Positions 55,807 through 64,000 of a stretch of 64,000 nucleotides of DNA are shown here, piece after piece. The notes below the pieces were generated by a model. That model worked only from the letters and a program-made list of their open reading frames with translations. It did not search any database and was not told the origin of the DNA. Position 1 is the stretch's first letter. Each line of letters opens with the position of its first letter. The translations under genes and the position numbers were made by a program. Source of the stretch: an uncultured Oscillospiraceae bacterium (GTDB lineage: Bacteria; Bacillota; Clostridia; Oscillospirales; Oscillospiraceae); NCBI GenBank assembly GCA_934646185.1, contig CAKUEH010000001.1:168345-232344 (forward strand), written 5' to 3'.

Positions 55807-57174
55807 TTATGCCAAAACCAGTTCGATCGCTTCGCGGATATTGCGCACGCGCAGCAGCTCCATGCCGTCGGGCGCGGTGATATTGCCCGTCCCGTGGCGC
55901 GGGATGATGCAGGTCTTGAAGCCTGTACGGGACGCCTCGGACAGACGCTGCTGCAAGCCCGTTACGGCGCGGATCTCGCCTGTCAGGCCGACCTCGCCGA
56001 TGGCGGCGGTCGCAGGATCGATGGGCTTATCCCGGAAGCTGGACGCGGCGGCCAGCACGAGGGCCAAGTCGGCGGCAGGCTCGTCCAGCTGCAGTCCGCC
56101 GATGACGTTCACATATGCATCCGACATACCGAGATTCACGCCGCCGCGCTTTTCGAGCACGGCCAGCATGAGATTCGCCCGGTTGAAGTCAAAGCCGTCC
56201 GCCGTGCGGCGGGGAACGTTGAAATTCGTCCGCGCGACAAGCGCCTGAATCTCCGCCAGAACCGGGCGCGTGCCCTCCATCACACAGGCAACGCACGTGC
56301 CGGGCGCGTTCAATGGCCGGCCGGCCAGCAGCATTTCCGACGGATTCGGGACTTCGAGCAGTCCCCTGCCCTCCATTTCGAACACGCCGATCTCGTTTGT
56401 CGAGCCAAAGCGGTTTTTTGCAGCGCGCAGGATGCGGTAGCTGCTGGCATGCTCGCCTTCGAAAAACAGCTCGCAGTCGACCATGTGCTCGAGCACCTTC
56501 GGGCCGGCGATTGCGCCCTCCTTGTTGACATGACCGACGACGAAGACGGTCACGCCGCTGCTCTTGGCCAGCTGCATGAGGGCCATCGTGCAGTCCTTGA
56601 CCTGTGAAATGCTGCCGGGCGCGGAGGAATTTTCTGGGTTATAGAGCGTCTGGATGGAGTCGGCAATGAGAATATCCGGCTGCACCTCGTCAACGGCGCT
56701 TAAAATCTCGGAAAGATCGGTCTCCGAGAGAATATACAGCTCGTCTGACGCGACCTGCAGGCGGTCGGCGCGCATTTTGATCTGTTTTTCCGATTCCTCG
56801 CCGGAGACATAGAGGATGCGGAGCGTTTTTCCGAGATAGGCGCAAATTTGCAGCAGAAGCGTCGATTTGCCGATGCCGGGCGCGCCGCCCACCAAAATCA
56901 GCGACCCGCGCACGCCGCCTCCGCCCAATACGCGGTCAAGCTCCTGCATGCCGGTGGAGAAGCGGATCTCCTGCTCCCCCGTCACCTCTTTGAGCTTTTT
57001 CGGAACAGCGCATGCAATACCTGTCCGGCCCGCCGCCTTCGCGGCAGGCATTTTCTTATCCTCAAACTCCACGATGGAGTTCCAGGCCCCGCAAGCGGGG
57101 CACTGGCCCTGCCAGCGCGGCGTTTCGTTGCCGCACTGCTTGCAGACAAAAACAGATTTAGATTTCATTCGCAT
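55807..57174 (-). CDS. radA: DNA repair protein RadA
   Basis: Zn ribbon FVCKQCG...CPACGAWNS, Walker A GGAPGIGKSTL, KNRFG, and a Lon-like C-terminal domain. Confidence 0.95.
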   Translation of the reverse strand: MRMKSKSVFVCKQCGNETPRWQGQCPACGAWNSIVEFEDKKMPAAKAAGRTGIACAVPKKLKEVTGEQEIRFSTGMQELDRVLGGGGVRGSLILVGGAPGIGKSTLLLQICAYLGKTLRILYVSGEESEKQIKMRADRLQVASDELYILSETDLSEILSAVDEVQPDILIADSIQTLYNPENSSAPGSISQVKDCTMALMQLAKSSGVTVFVVGHVNKEGAIAGPKVLEHMVDCELFFEGEHASSYRILRAAKNRFGSTNEIGVFEMEGRGLLEVPNPSEMLLAGRPLNAPGTCVACVMEGTRPVLAEIQALVARTNFNVPRRTADGFDFNRANLMLAVLEKRGGVNLGMSDAYVNVIGGLQLDEPAADLALVLAAASSFRDKPIDPATAAIGEVGLTGEIRAVTGLQQRLSEASRTGFKTCIIPRHGTGNITAPDGMELLRVRNIREAIELVLA

Positions 57175-57874
57175 GCTCCTCTGACAGCCACACGGACAGC
57201 GTTCCCGCGATCACGGCGGCCAGCTTTTTCTGATAGTCCGGCTGCAAGAGCCGCTGTTCTTCCTCATAATTGGATAAAAATCCGCATTCGACCAGCACGC
57301 CGGTACAGCCGATATGCTCCATGAGATACACGCCGTCCGATTTTTTGCACTGACGGCGGTTATCCGGCTCGAGTCCCAGCGCAAGATTGGTCTGCAGCTG
57401 CCCGGCCAGCGCCTGACTGCCGGGCGTTTTCGCGTAGAAGACCTGCGCGCCGTGGTACCTGCCCTCAGTGAAGAAATTCTGGTGTACGCTCAGAAGCAGT
57501 GCGTTCTCCGTCTGGTTCACCGTCTCGGTCCGGTTTTTGATGTCCGAGACCTTTTTCTCCGAGATCGTGCGGCAACCGTCCGAATAGACGGCCGTGTCGG
57601 TCTCGCGGATCATGCTGACCCTGACGCCGCACAGGCGCAGAAGATCGCGCAGGCGCAGCGAGATATCCAGATTCAGCGCCGCCTCCGACGTGCCGGAAAC
57701 GCCGGTTGCGCCGCCGTCCTCCCCGCCGTGCCCCGCATCGAGCACAACGGTCGTTCCGCCGGGCTGCATGGCCGCCGTCTGCGCGCTCTGGTGCGTCAGA
57801 ACGGCAAAGACGCAGAAATACAGAACGGTCGCAAACAGCATGACCGGCATCATGATCTCTACCCATTTTTTCAT
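57158..57874 (-). CDS. N-acetylmuramoyl-L-alanine amidase (Amidase_3, CwlD-like)
   Basis: N-terminal TM segment, then VVLDAGHGGEDGGA...LLSVHQN... Start at MKKWVEIMMPV. Confidence 0.8.
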   Translation of the reverse strand: MKKWVEIMMPVMLFATVLYFCVFAVLTHQSAQTAAMQPGGTTVVLDAGHGGEDGGATGVSGTSEAALNLDISLRLRDLLRLCGVRVSMIRETDTAVYSDGCRTISEKKVSDIKNRTETVNQTENALLLSVHQNFFTEGRYHGAQVFYAKTPGSQALAGQLQTNLALGLEPDNRRQCKKSDGVYLMEHIGCTGVLVECGFLSNYEEEQRLLQPDYQKKLAAVIAGTLSVWLSEEHANEI

Positions 57875-57945
57875 ACGATCACCCCATACAAGCGTATGAG
57901 GGACAAGAAAAGTATAGCATGGATTTTTCTGTTTGAAAAGGTCGA

Positions 57946-58995
57946 TTATGCGTTCTGAAACACGACCCGCACAGCTTCGCTCCAGAGACGCGCCGCGGCC
58001 GCCTCCGTGAAGCCGCGCTCTTCCCGCGAAAACGGACGGAAGCACGTAACGAGCAGCCGCTTTCCGCTGCGCTTCCAGCGGCCCGCGACCACGCCGCGCA
58101 GCAGCACCGGCGGCATGACAATGCCGGACAGGCTGAAAATGCTGCGCAGATACTCCGGCGGGAGAAATACGTTCTGCTTTTTCTCATAGCCCAGCATCAG
58201 CGGGTCGAAGCCCGCCAGAAGCAGGCAGTCCGGAAGCGCCCGCTCCGGCGCTCTGCCGGAATACAGGGAAAACAGCCGCTGCCCCTCGCATTCGGCTGCC
58301 TCTGCCGGAAGCTGTGCCAGCCGCCCATTGATCTCCGCCTGCGATGTGCCGAAATAATAGGCCGCGTCCCGGACGGAGGCCGGGCCGTAACTCGTAAAAT
58401 ACCGGCGCGTCTGCTCCAGAAGTGCGTCCTGCTCTTCCATCGGCGTGAACGCCGGGCAGAGGCGGAACGCCTTTTCCTCGCTGACCGTGCCGCAGAGAAA
58501 GCCGCGTTCGCAGAGCTCCCGGATCCCGCCGCCCCAGGGATGGAACATGCTGTTCTCCTCCGCCTGCGTCATTCCGGCGGCGCGGCAGCGGTCTTTCAGC
58601 GCCTCCCGTGTCAGCGGCCCCTGTGTAAGCACGCCGACGATCAGCTCGGAGAAATACGCCTGCCGCCGCGGCGTGAGCGCCCAGTCCGGGCGCTGGTTCC
58701 AGAAGGATGGGACTGTCCAGTCCCGGCTCCGGTACCGGCATCCGCTGTGCAGGAACAGCGGAAGATCCGCTTCGGCAAAGATATGCATCGTGCCGCGGAG
58801 CGTCCAACCCTTCACGAGACCGTCCGCCGCGTGCGCTGCGTCATGCGCCATGCTGCGCAGGCGCATGGCATGCAGCGCGTTGGAAAGAAACTGCGCCTGA
58901 AAGCCGTTCATGGCGCGGAGCACCTCCATACGCTGCCCCGCATGCAGCAGATATTGATTGGACAGGCGCAGACGCGCCAGCTCGGTTCGGGTCAT
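57946..58995 (-). CDS. Winged-helix YcaQ/AlkZ-like (HTH_42) protein
   Basis: MTRTELARLRLSNQYLL...MNGFQAQF..., a pattern typical of the DUF1006/YcaQ family. Confidence 0.65.
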   Translation of the reverse strand: MTRTELARLRLSNQYLLHAGQRMEVLRAMNGFQAQFLSNALHAMRLRSMAHDAAHAADGLVKGWTLRGTMHIFAEADLPLFLHSGCRYRSRDWTVPSFWNQRPDWALTPRRQAYFSELIVGVLTQGPLTREALKDRCRAAGMTQAEENSMFHPWGGGIRELCERGFLCGTVSEEKAFRLCPAFTPMEEQDALLEQTRRYFTSYGPASVRDAAYYFGTSQAEINGRLAQLPAEAAECEGQRLFSLYSGRAPERALPDCLLLAGFDPLMLGYEKKQNVFLPPEYLRSIFSLSGIVMPPVLLRGVVAGRWKRSGKRLLVTCFRPFSREERGFTEAAAARLWSEAVRVVFQNA

Positions 58996-59039
58996 ATGGT
59001 CTCCTTCTTTTCTCTATGGATGTGAAGCGCGGATGCTGC

Positions 59040-59360
59040 AAAGCATTGAAAATTCTCGGCGGATTCGCAGGCAGCCAAGCCTCCCCTTGTCATGCCCTGC
59101 ATGATAAGGGGAGGTGGCATTTGCGAAGCAAATGACGAAGGGGATTTGTCGCTGGTTTCTGAGTGCTCCGAAATATGCTACGTTCGAATCTCCTCAGTCA
59201 GCTTCGCTGCCAGCGTCCCTACCCCTATTGGCCCTTCGGGCCATTTCCCCCTGACAGAGGGAATCGGCCCCTTGAGCCCAAGGGGAGCCTTGGGGTACTG
59301 CCTCCTTTTATACACACGGCCCCCGGCGCCCTGAGAGCGGGCCGGGGGCCGGTATGTCGT
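59040..59360. repeat. GC-rich non-coding stretch built from short hairpins (repeat-element-like)
   Basis: CCTCCCCTT...AAGGGGAGG (59080-59113) and GGCCCCCGGC...GCCGGGGGCC (about 59320-59352). All frames give low-complexity pseudo-ORFs. No RBS or credible CDS. Confidence 0.4.
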
Positions 59361-59367
59361 GATTTGA

Positions 59368-60717
59368 TCAGATGATGCGCCGCCCGCACAGGAAGCGGGT
59401 CTTGTAATACGATTCGTCGAGCGAATTCACGCGGACGCCCGTGGACGGTGTGGAGGCGTGGACAAAGTTGCCGCCGCCGATGTACATGCCGACGTGGTTC
59501 GCGTAGCTGCCGTAGCCGAAGAAGACAAGGTCGCCGACCTGAAGATCGCTGCGGGAAACGTAGGTGCCCTGATCCATCTGGTCGTCCGCCACACGGTTCA
59601 TGGAATAGCCATACTGCGTCAGGACGTAATACATGAGGCCGGAGCAGTCAAAGCCGGTCGACGGGCTCGTGCCGCCCCAGACGTAGCTGTAGCCGACAAA
59701 GCTCATGGCAAAGTTGGCGATCTCGCTGGCCTTTCCGGAGCCGGAGACCGTGCCGCCGCTGCCGGAGCCGGAGTTTCCGCCCGGCGTGACGGTGCTGTCC
59801 TTCTTGTCGGAAAGCAGATCCGCGCGGACATAGGCCGTGATGCCGTTATACTTGATGCGGTACCACTGGTGGCCGTCGGAGGTCGTGGTCGTGATGCCGG
59901 TGACGGTGACAGCCGCATTGTAGCTCAGCTCGCCGACCTTCGTGCTGCCGGTCGTCCAGGAATCGCGGACGTTGATGTAGCCCGTCTGGCAGACATACAT
60001 GGTCTTGCTGACGCTCGTGACGGTGACGTTCAGGTTGATCTGATCGACGACGACCGTCGCGCTCTTGATGTTTTCGTCGTAGAACCACTGGATGGTCTTA
60101 TAGCAACGCAGGAACATCGTCATGGCCTCTTGCCGGCTGGCGTTGCTCTTGGGATTCAGATACGTGCCGTTTCCGAGCTTCGTGCCCTGTACGTAGGAAT
60201 AGCTCACGCAGATCTGCGCGGACTCCTTCGCCCAAGAGGAGATCGATCCGGCGTCGGCGAAGCTGTTCAGCGCGCCGTCGGTCGCTTTGGGGGAAAACGC
60301 CGCCGCTGTGCAGAAATTCTCGATGAGCTTGAAGAATTCCTGCCGCGTCAGAAGCTGGTTCGGGCGGAACGAACCGTCCTCGTAGCCGTTGACGATGCCA
60401 TACAGATGCGCCTTGACGATGTCTTCATCCGACGTATCCGTAAAGCCGGTAAACGTTTCATTCGACAGATCAATGTCGTTGCCGGTGGCCTTTTCAAAGG
60501 CGTAGACCGCCAGCTCGCACATCTCGCCGCGCGTGATATTCTTTGTCAGATCCAAGCCGCTAAACGACTCTGGCATCAGGCCGAGCTTGTTGATCTCGTC
60601 ATAGTTCGTTTGGAACCAGCTGCTGTAGTTGTTGTTCGCGCCAAGCACGGACGCGCTCATGGACAGAAGCATCCCGGCGCACAGCAGCAGGCACAGAAAT
60701 TTTCTTGCCTTTCGCAT
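59368..60717 (-). CDS. Cell-wall hydrolase with N-terminal SLH-like repeats, SH3b and C-terminal NlpC/P60
   Basis: Signal peptide, SLH-like NITRGEMCELAVYAF / FRPNQLLTRQEFFKLI, SH3b (GYINVRDSWTTGS...WYRIKYNGITAYV), NlpC/P60 (GFDCSGLMYYV...HVGMYIG). Confidence 0.85.
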   Translation of the reverse strand: MRKARKFLCLLLCAGMLLSMSASVLGANNNYSSWFQTNYDEINKLGLMPESFSGLDLTKNITRGEMCELAVYAFEKATGNDIDLSNETFTGFTDTSDEDIVKAHLYGIVNGYEDGSFRPNQLLTRQEFFKLIENFCTAAAFSPKATDGALNSFADAGSISSWAKESAQICVSYSYVQGTKLGNGTYLNPKSNASRQEAMTMFLRCYKTIQWFYDENIKSATVVVDQINLNVTVTSVSKTMYVCQTGYINVRDSWTTGSTKVGELSYNAAVTVTGITTTTSDGHQWYRIKYNGITAYVRADLLSDKKDSTVTPGGNSGSGSGGTVSGSGKASEIANFAMSFVGYSYVWGGTSPSTGFDCSGLMYYVLTQYGYSMNRVADDQMDQGTYVSRSDLQVGDLVFFGYGSYANHVGMYIGGGNFVHASTPSTGVRVNSLDESYYKTRFLCGRRII

Positions 60718-60874
60718 GGTTTACAGACTCCTTTTCCCATTCCCGGACCGGAACGGCGTGTTTTCGAAACAATTCGACTGCATTATATCAGATTATGACA
60801 ACCAATACAAGTCCAATTTTGTAAATCTTTCGTAACCAGTTGAGTTTTGCGGGAAAATATGATATAAGATTGAC

Positions 60875-62245
60875 ATGAAATTACGAGTGATGACCGCAGT
60901 GCTTGCCTGCAAGCTCTGCCGGAGCCTGATCCGCCTGCTGGGCAGAGGCGGCACGGATTTTCCAGGGCGCGTAGCGCTCAAGCTCTGCCCGAATCTGCTG
61001 GGTGAACTTGCGAAGAACGTGACGACCGTGATCGTCACGGGCACCAACGGCAAGACCACGACCTCGCGCATGATCGAGCAGTCGTGGCAGGACGCTGGAA
61101 TCTCTTACTTCGCGAATAAATCCGGCGCAAACCTTCTGTCCGGCGTCACGGCTGAATTTGCCGTTCACTCCACGCTTACGGGCCGGTGCAGATATTCGCA
61201 TGCGCTGATCGAAGCGGACGAGGCGGCGCTGAAATTCATCAGCAAATACGTCGACGCAAAGGTGATCGTGTTCACCAACGTCTTCCGCGACCAGCTCGAC
61301 CGCTACGGCGAGGTCACGCATACGCTCGAAAAGCTGCGCATCGGCGCGCAGAACAGCCCGAACGCCGTTCTGTGCCTGAACGCAGACGATTCGCTCATCA
61401 CGAGTCTCCATGACGACGTGCCGAACCCCGTTCTTTTCTACGGCGTCAATACGCCGCTCTATGAAACGCAGGTCACTGAGGTCTCCGATGCGCCGTACTG
61501 CATCAAGTGCAAAAGCGAGTACGAATATGACTTTGTGACCTATGGCCATCTGGGCGGCTACCGCTGCCCGCACTGCGGGTATGCCCGTCCGAAGCCAGAT
61601 CTCTGCGTCAGCAAAGTCGTCCTGAGCGACGAGGAGCACTCTGAGGTTGTCTTCCGCGACGGTGAGACAGAGATCCCCGCGACGGTCAATCTGCCGGGCG
61701 GATACAATATCTATAACGCCTGCGCGGCCATGGCGGCTGCCAAGGCCATGGGACTGGAGCTTTCAAAGGCGGCACAGTCGCTGTCCCGCTTTGCCTGCGG
61801 CTTCGGACGCATGGAGAAATTTGAGATCAATGGCACGGACGTGCGCATGATCCTGATCAAAAACCCGGCGGGCTGCAATCAGGTGCTGAGCTTCCTGACG
61901 CAGCGAAAAGAGCCGTTCGTCTTCGCCGCCTGTCTCAATGACCGGACGCAGGACGGCCGCGACGTCAGCTGGATCTGGGACGTTGCCTTTGAACGCCTGA
62001 CCGACATGGGCGATACGCTCGCGGAGGTCTATCTGTCCGGTACGCGCGCGGAGGATATGGCGCTGCGCTTCCTCTACGCCGGCTTCCCGAAGGAAAAGCT
62101 GCACGTGCAGAAGGACTACGGCACGCTTATGGAACAGGCGACGGCACACAAGCTGCCGGTCTTCGTCATGCCAACGTATACGGCGATGCTGGCCCTGCGC
62201 GGCACGATCAGCAAAACGTATGGCTACAAGCAATTCTGGGAGTAA
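60875..62245 (+). CDS. murT: Lipid II isoglutaminyl synthase subunit MurT (Mur ligase family + DUF1727)
   Basis: VIVTGTNGKTTTSRMI, Zn ribbon CIKCKSEY...CPHCG, and a C-terminal DUF1727-like region. Confidence 0.9.
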   Translation: MKLRVMTAVLACKLCRSLIRLLGRGGTDFPGRVALKLCPNLLGELAKNVTTVIVTGTNGKTTTSRMIEQSWQDAGISYFANKSGANLLSGVTAEFAVHSTLTGRCRYSHALIEADEAALKFISKYVDAKVIVFTNVFRDQLDRYGEVTHTLEKLRIGAQNSPNAVLCLNADDSLITSLHDDVPNPVLFYGVNTPLYETQVTEVSDAPYCIKCKSEYEYDFVTYGHLGGYRCPHCGYARPKPDLCVSKVVLSDEEHSEVVFRDGETEIPATVNLPGGYNIYNACAAMAAAKAMGLELSKAAQSLSRFACGFGRMEKFEINGTDVRMILIKNPAGCNQVLSFLTQRKEPFVFAACLNDRTQDGRDVSWIWDVAFERLTDMGDTLAEVYLSGTRAEDMALRFLYAGFPKEKLHVQKDYGTLMEQATAHKLPVFVMPTYTAMLALRGTISKTYGYKQFWE

Positions 62246-62248
62246 GCT

Positions 62249-62977
62249 ATGGAACTGAACATCTATCATTTATATCCCGACGTTCTGAATCTCTACGGCG
62301 ACCGCGGAAATGTGCTGTGCATGCAGCGCAGGCTCGAGTGGCGCGGCATGCAGGCGAACATCGTGCCGGTTCCCATCGGGGAAACATTCACCGCGAAGGA
62401 CTGTGACCTGATCTTCATCGGCGGCGGTCAGGATTTTGAGCAGGAGGTCCTGCTGGACGATCTGAAGGGCGAAAAGACCGCCGAGCTCAAAGCCGCAATC
62501 GAAGACGGCGTTCCCGTCCTCGCTATCTGCGGCGGCTATCAGATGCTGGGACAGTATTACAAAACCTGGGACGGCCAGCAGTGCGACTTCACCGGCGCGC
62601 TCGATCTCTACACGGTCGGTTCCGAGCAGCGCATGATCGGCAACTATATGTTCACATGCGAGGAAGCCGGATGCAACATCGTCGGCTTTGAAAACCACTC
62701 CGGCAAGACGTATCTCGGCTCCGGCGTGAAGCCGCTCGGCAAGATCCTCGAGGGTTATGGCAACAACGGCGAGGACGGGACGGAGGGCGCGCGCTACAAA
62801 AACGTGTTCGCATCCTATTCCCACGGCTGTCTGCTTCCAAAAAATCCGAAGCTGGCCGATCTGCTCCTTAAAACCGCGCTCGAACGCAAATACGGCGAAG
62901 CGGAGCTGTCTCCCCTCGCCGATGAATTCGAGACCGCCGCGCACAACTATATGGAAGCCCGCCTGAGCCGGAAATAA
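62249..62977 (+). CDS. gatD: Lipid II isoglutaminyl synthase glutaminase subunit GatD (CobQ-type GATase)
   Basis: LNIYHLYPDVLNLYGDRGN...LAICGGYQMLG...ENHSG. It lies 3 nt after murT. Confidence 0.9.
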   Translation: MELNIYHLYPDVLNLYGDRGNVLCMQRRLEWRGMQANIVPVPIGETFTAKDCDLIFIGGGQDFEQEVLLDDLKGEKTAELKAAIEDGVPVLAICGGYQMLGQYYKTWDGQQCDFTGALDLYTVGSEQRMIGNYMFTCEEAGCNIVGFENHSGKTYLGSGVKPLGKILEGYGNNGEDGTEGARYKNVFASYSHGCLLPKNPKLADLLLKTALERKYGEAELSPLADEFETAAHNYMEARLSRK

Positions 62978-62987
62978 AGAAACAGCT

Positions 62988-63020
62988 GGGCCGCTGCGAG
63001 ACGCAGCGGCCCGGTTTTTT
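62988..63020. terminator. Bidirectional terminator
   Basis: GGGCCGCTGCG...CGCAGCGGCCC followed by GGTTTTTT. Confidence 0.75.
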
Positions 63021-63885
63021 ATGTGTTCTCTTTGACCCAGCGGGCCGCGAAGTCCGCGAAGCGGGTGGCGGCAGGAGCGTCGGTCGCGGCGGCGAGGGCG
63101 ATGGTCCGGCTAGCTGGTGGATCGATGGGGCGGATCTCCACGCCGTCCGTGTTGCCGCGCAGCAGCAGCGACGGCATGATGCTCACGCCCAGTCCCTGCC
63201 GGACCATGGCGATGACGGCGTAATCGTCCTTCGTCTCAAAGCGGATGTTCGGCTTGGCCTTGACGGCGCGGAACGCGCGGCGCACGTCATGGTTGGAGGA
63301 TTCCAGGAGCGAGATAAACGGCTCCCTTGCCAGCTCCTCGACCCGGCAGACCGGGCTTTCGGCCAACGGATGGCCCTTCGGCAGAACGGCGGCCAGCGCA
63401 TCCTCGTACAGCGGCATACACCGGCAGCCGGGACGGGCGGGAAGGGTCGTGAAGGCCAGATCGACGCTTCCGTCGCCGAGCCAGGTGTCGATGTCATGAT
63501 AATCGCCGTTGAAGAGCTGGAAATCCACCTGCGGATGCTCCTTCTGAAACTGCATCATCATGGCGGGCAGCCAATGCGTCGCGACGCTGGTAAAGGTCCC
63601 GATGCGGATCTTGCCGGTAACGAGCGTGTGAAGGCTGGCCGCGGCCTGCCGCAGCAGCTTTTCCTGCCGCACGATCTCGTGGATGTAGGGCATCATCTGC
63701 TCGCCCTCGGGCGTGAGGCGCGCGCCGGTGCGCGTGCGCTTTAAAAGCGGCAGCTGAAGCTCCGCCTCGATGGCCGCCAGCATATGACTGACGCCGGACT
63801 GCGTAAGTCCAAGCTCCTGCGCGGCCTTTGTCAGGGACGACAGCTCCACCGTTTTCTCGAAAACCTCATATTTCTTCGTATCCAT
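63019..63885 (-). CDS. LysR-family transcriptional regulator
   Basis: N-terminal HTH LSSLTKAAQELGLTQSGVSHML plus a LysR substrate-binding domain. Confidence 0.9.
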   Translation of the reverse strand: MDTKKYEVFEKTVELSSLTKAAQELGLTQSGVSHMLAAIEAELQLPLLKRTRTGARLTPEGEQMMPYIHEIVRQEKLLRQAAASLHTLVTGKIRIGTFTSVATHWLPAMMMQFQKEHPQVDFQLFNGDYHDIDTWLGDGSVDLAFTTLPARPGCRCMPLYEDALAAVLPKGHPLAESPVCRVEELAREPFISLLESSNHDVRRAFRAVKAKPNIRFETKDDYAVIAMVRQGLGVSIMPSLLLRGNTDGVEIRPIDPPASRTIALAAATDAPAATRFADFAARWVKENT

Positions 63886-63953
63886 TTAAAAAACCTCTTG
63901 CTTTTTTCACTTTAACGTGCTATCATACGCGCATATTATGATGTTTCTTGATA

Positions 63954-63966
63954 TTATACATTATAA
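63954..63966. promoter_or_regulatory. Candidate LysR box (T-N11-A palindrome)
   Basis: TTATA-CAT-TATAA in the AT-rich divergent region. AAAAGGAGA at 63986-63994 suggests a + strand target gene starting just beyond the window. Confidence 0.3.
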
Positions 63967-64000
63967 TTTATAATGTGTCAAGAGAAAAGGAGAAAGAAGC

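Noticed and set aside
59195-59215. GTTCGAATC, a T-loop-like motif suggesting a tRNA or tmRNA.
   Set aside because: The flanking bases do not form a T-stem or an acceptor stem, and no cloverleaf can be drawn.

Overview
High-GC Firmicutes/Clostridia-type chromosomal window. The lineage call (Oscillospiraceae-like) is inference only, from three SLH-anchored surface proteins, Prp-processed L27 and MurT/GatD. GC is roughly 60% by eye, not computed. No database or Rfam search was run; protein and RNA family names come from reading the translations and sequence by eye. Left to right: (1) A cellodextrin/beta-glucoside locus holds a decayed kdgK, two ABC permeases, a lipoprotein SBP, LacI, GH94 cellobiose phosphorylase and GH1 beta-glucosidase. 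(2) A mosaic 9.7-20.1 kb segment follows. A complete de novo pyrimidine operon (pyrC-K-D-F-[HAD-pyrE]-B-I) is bracketed by two diverged, reciprocally truncated copies of one tyrosine-integrase gene. The segment also carries an attP-like site built on a tRNA-Pro 3' fragment and two orphan gene fragments (TPR-like, gdhA 3' end). (3) Next come a two-component system with DUF4956 and a VTC-domain protein, facing an MBL-fold lipoprotein and two beta-helix surface proteins. (4) A macrodomain/Sir2 (SirTM-like) pair carries a trailing 46-aa ORF. (5) Assorted regulator/effector pairs follow: HxlR/PNPOx, BlaI/BlaR1-like, AraC/MFS and ArsR-like/Cys-rich KTR. (6) A 1,790-aa SLH-anchored surface protein is present. 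(7) A riboswitch-like leader lies upstream of a YezD-like gene. (8) The rest is housekeeping: feoAB, PHP histidinol phosphatase, a D-2-hydroxyacid dehydrogenase, an O-antigen-ligase-like protein, a CNNM/CorC protein, tRNA-Thr, the rplU-prp-rpmA-...-obg operon, an HD hydrolase, radA, an amidase, a YcaQ-like protein, an SLH-NlpC/P60 hydrolase, murT-gatD and LysR. No rRNA, CRISPR array or transposase was recognised. I found no clear self-contained novel multi-gene system. The best second-look candidates are the reciprocally truncated integrase repeats around the pyr operon, a two-copy ~160-nt structured palindromic element with compensatory changes, the unclassified riboswitch-like leader, the orphan macro/Sir2 module and the in-frame HAD-PyrE fusion. 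Many long ORFs in the supplied track are antisense shadow ORFs of real genes and were not called.
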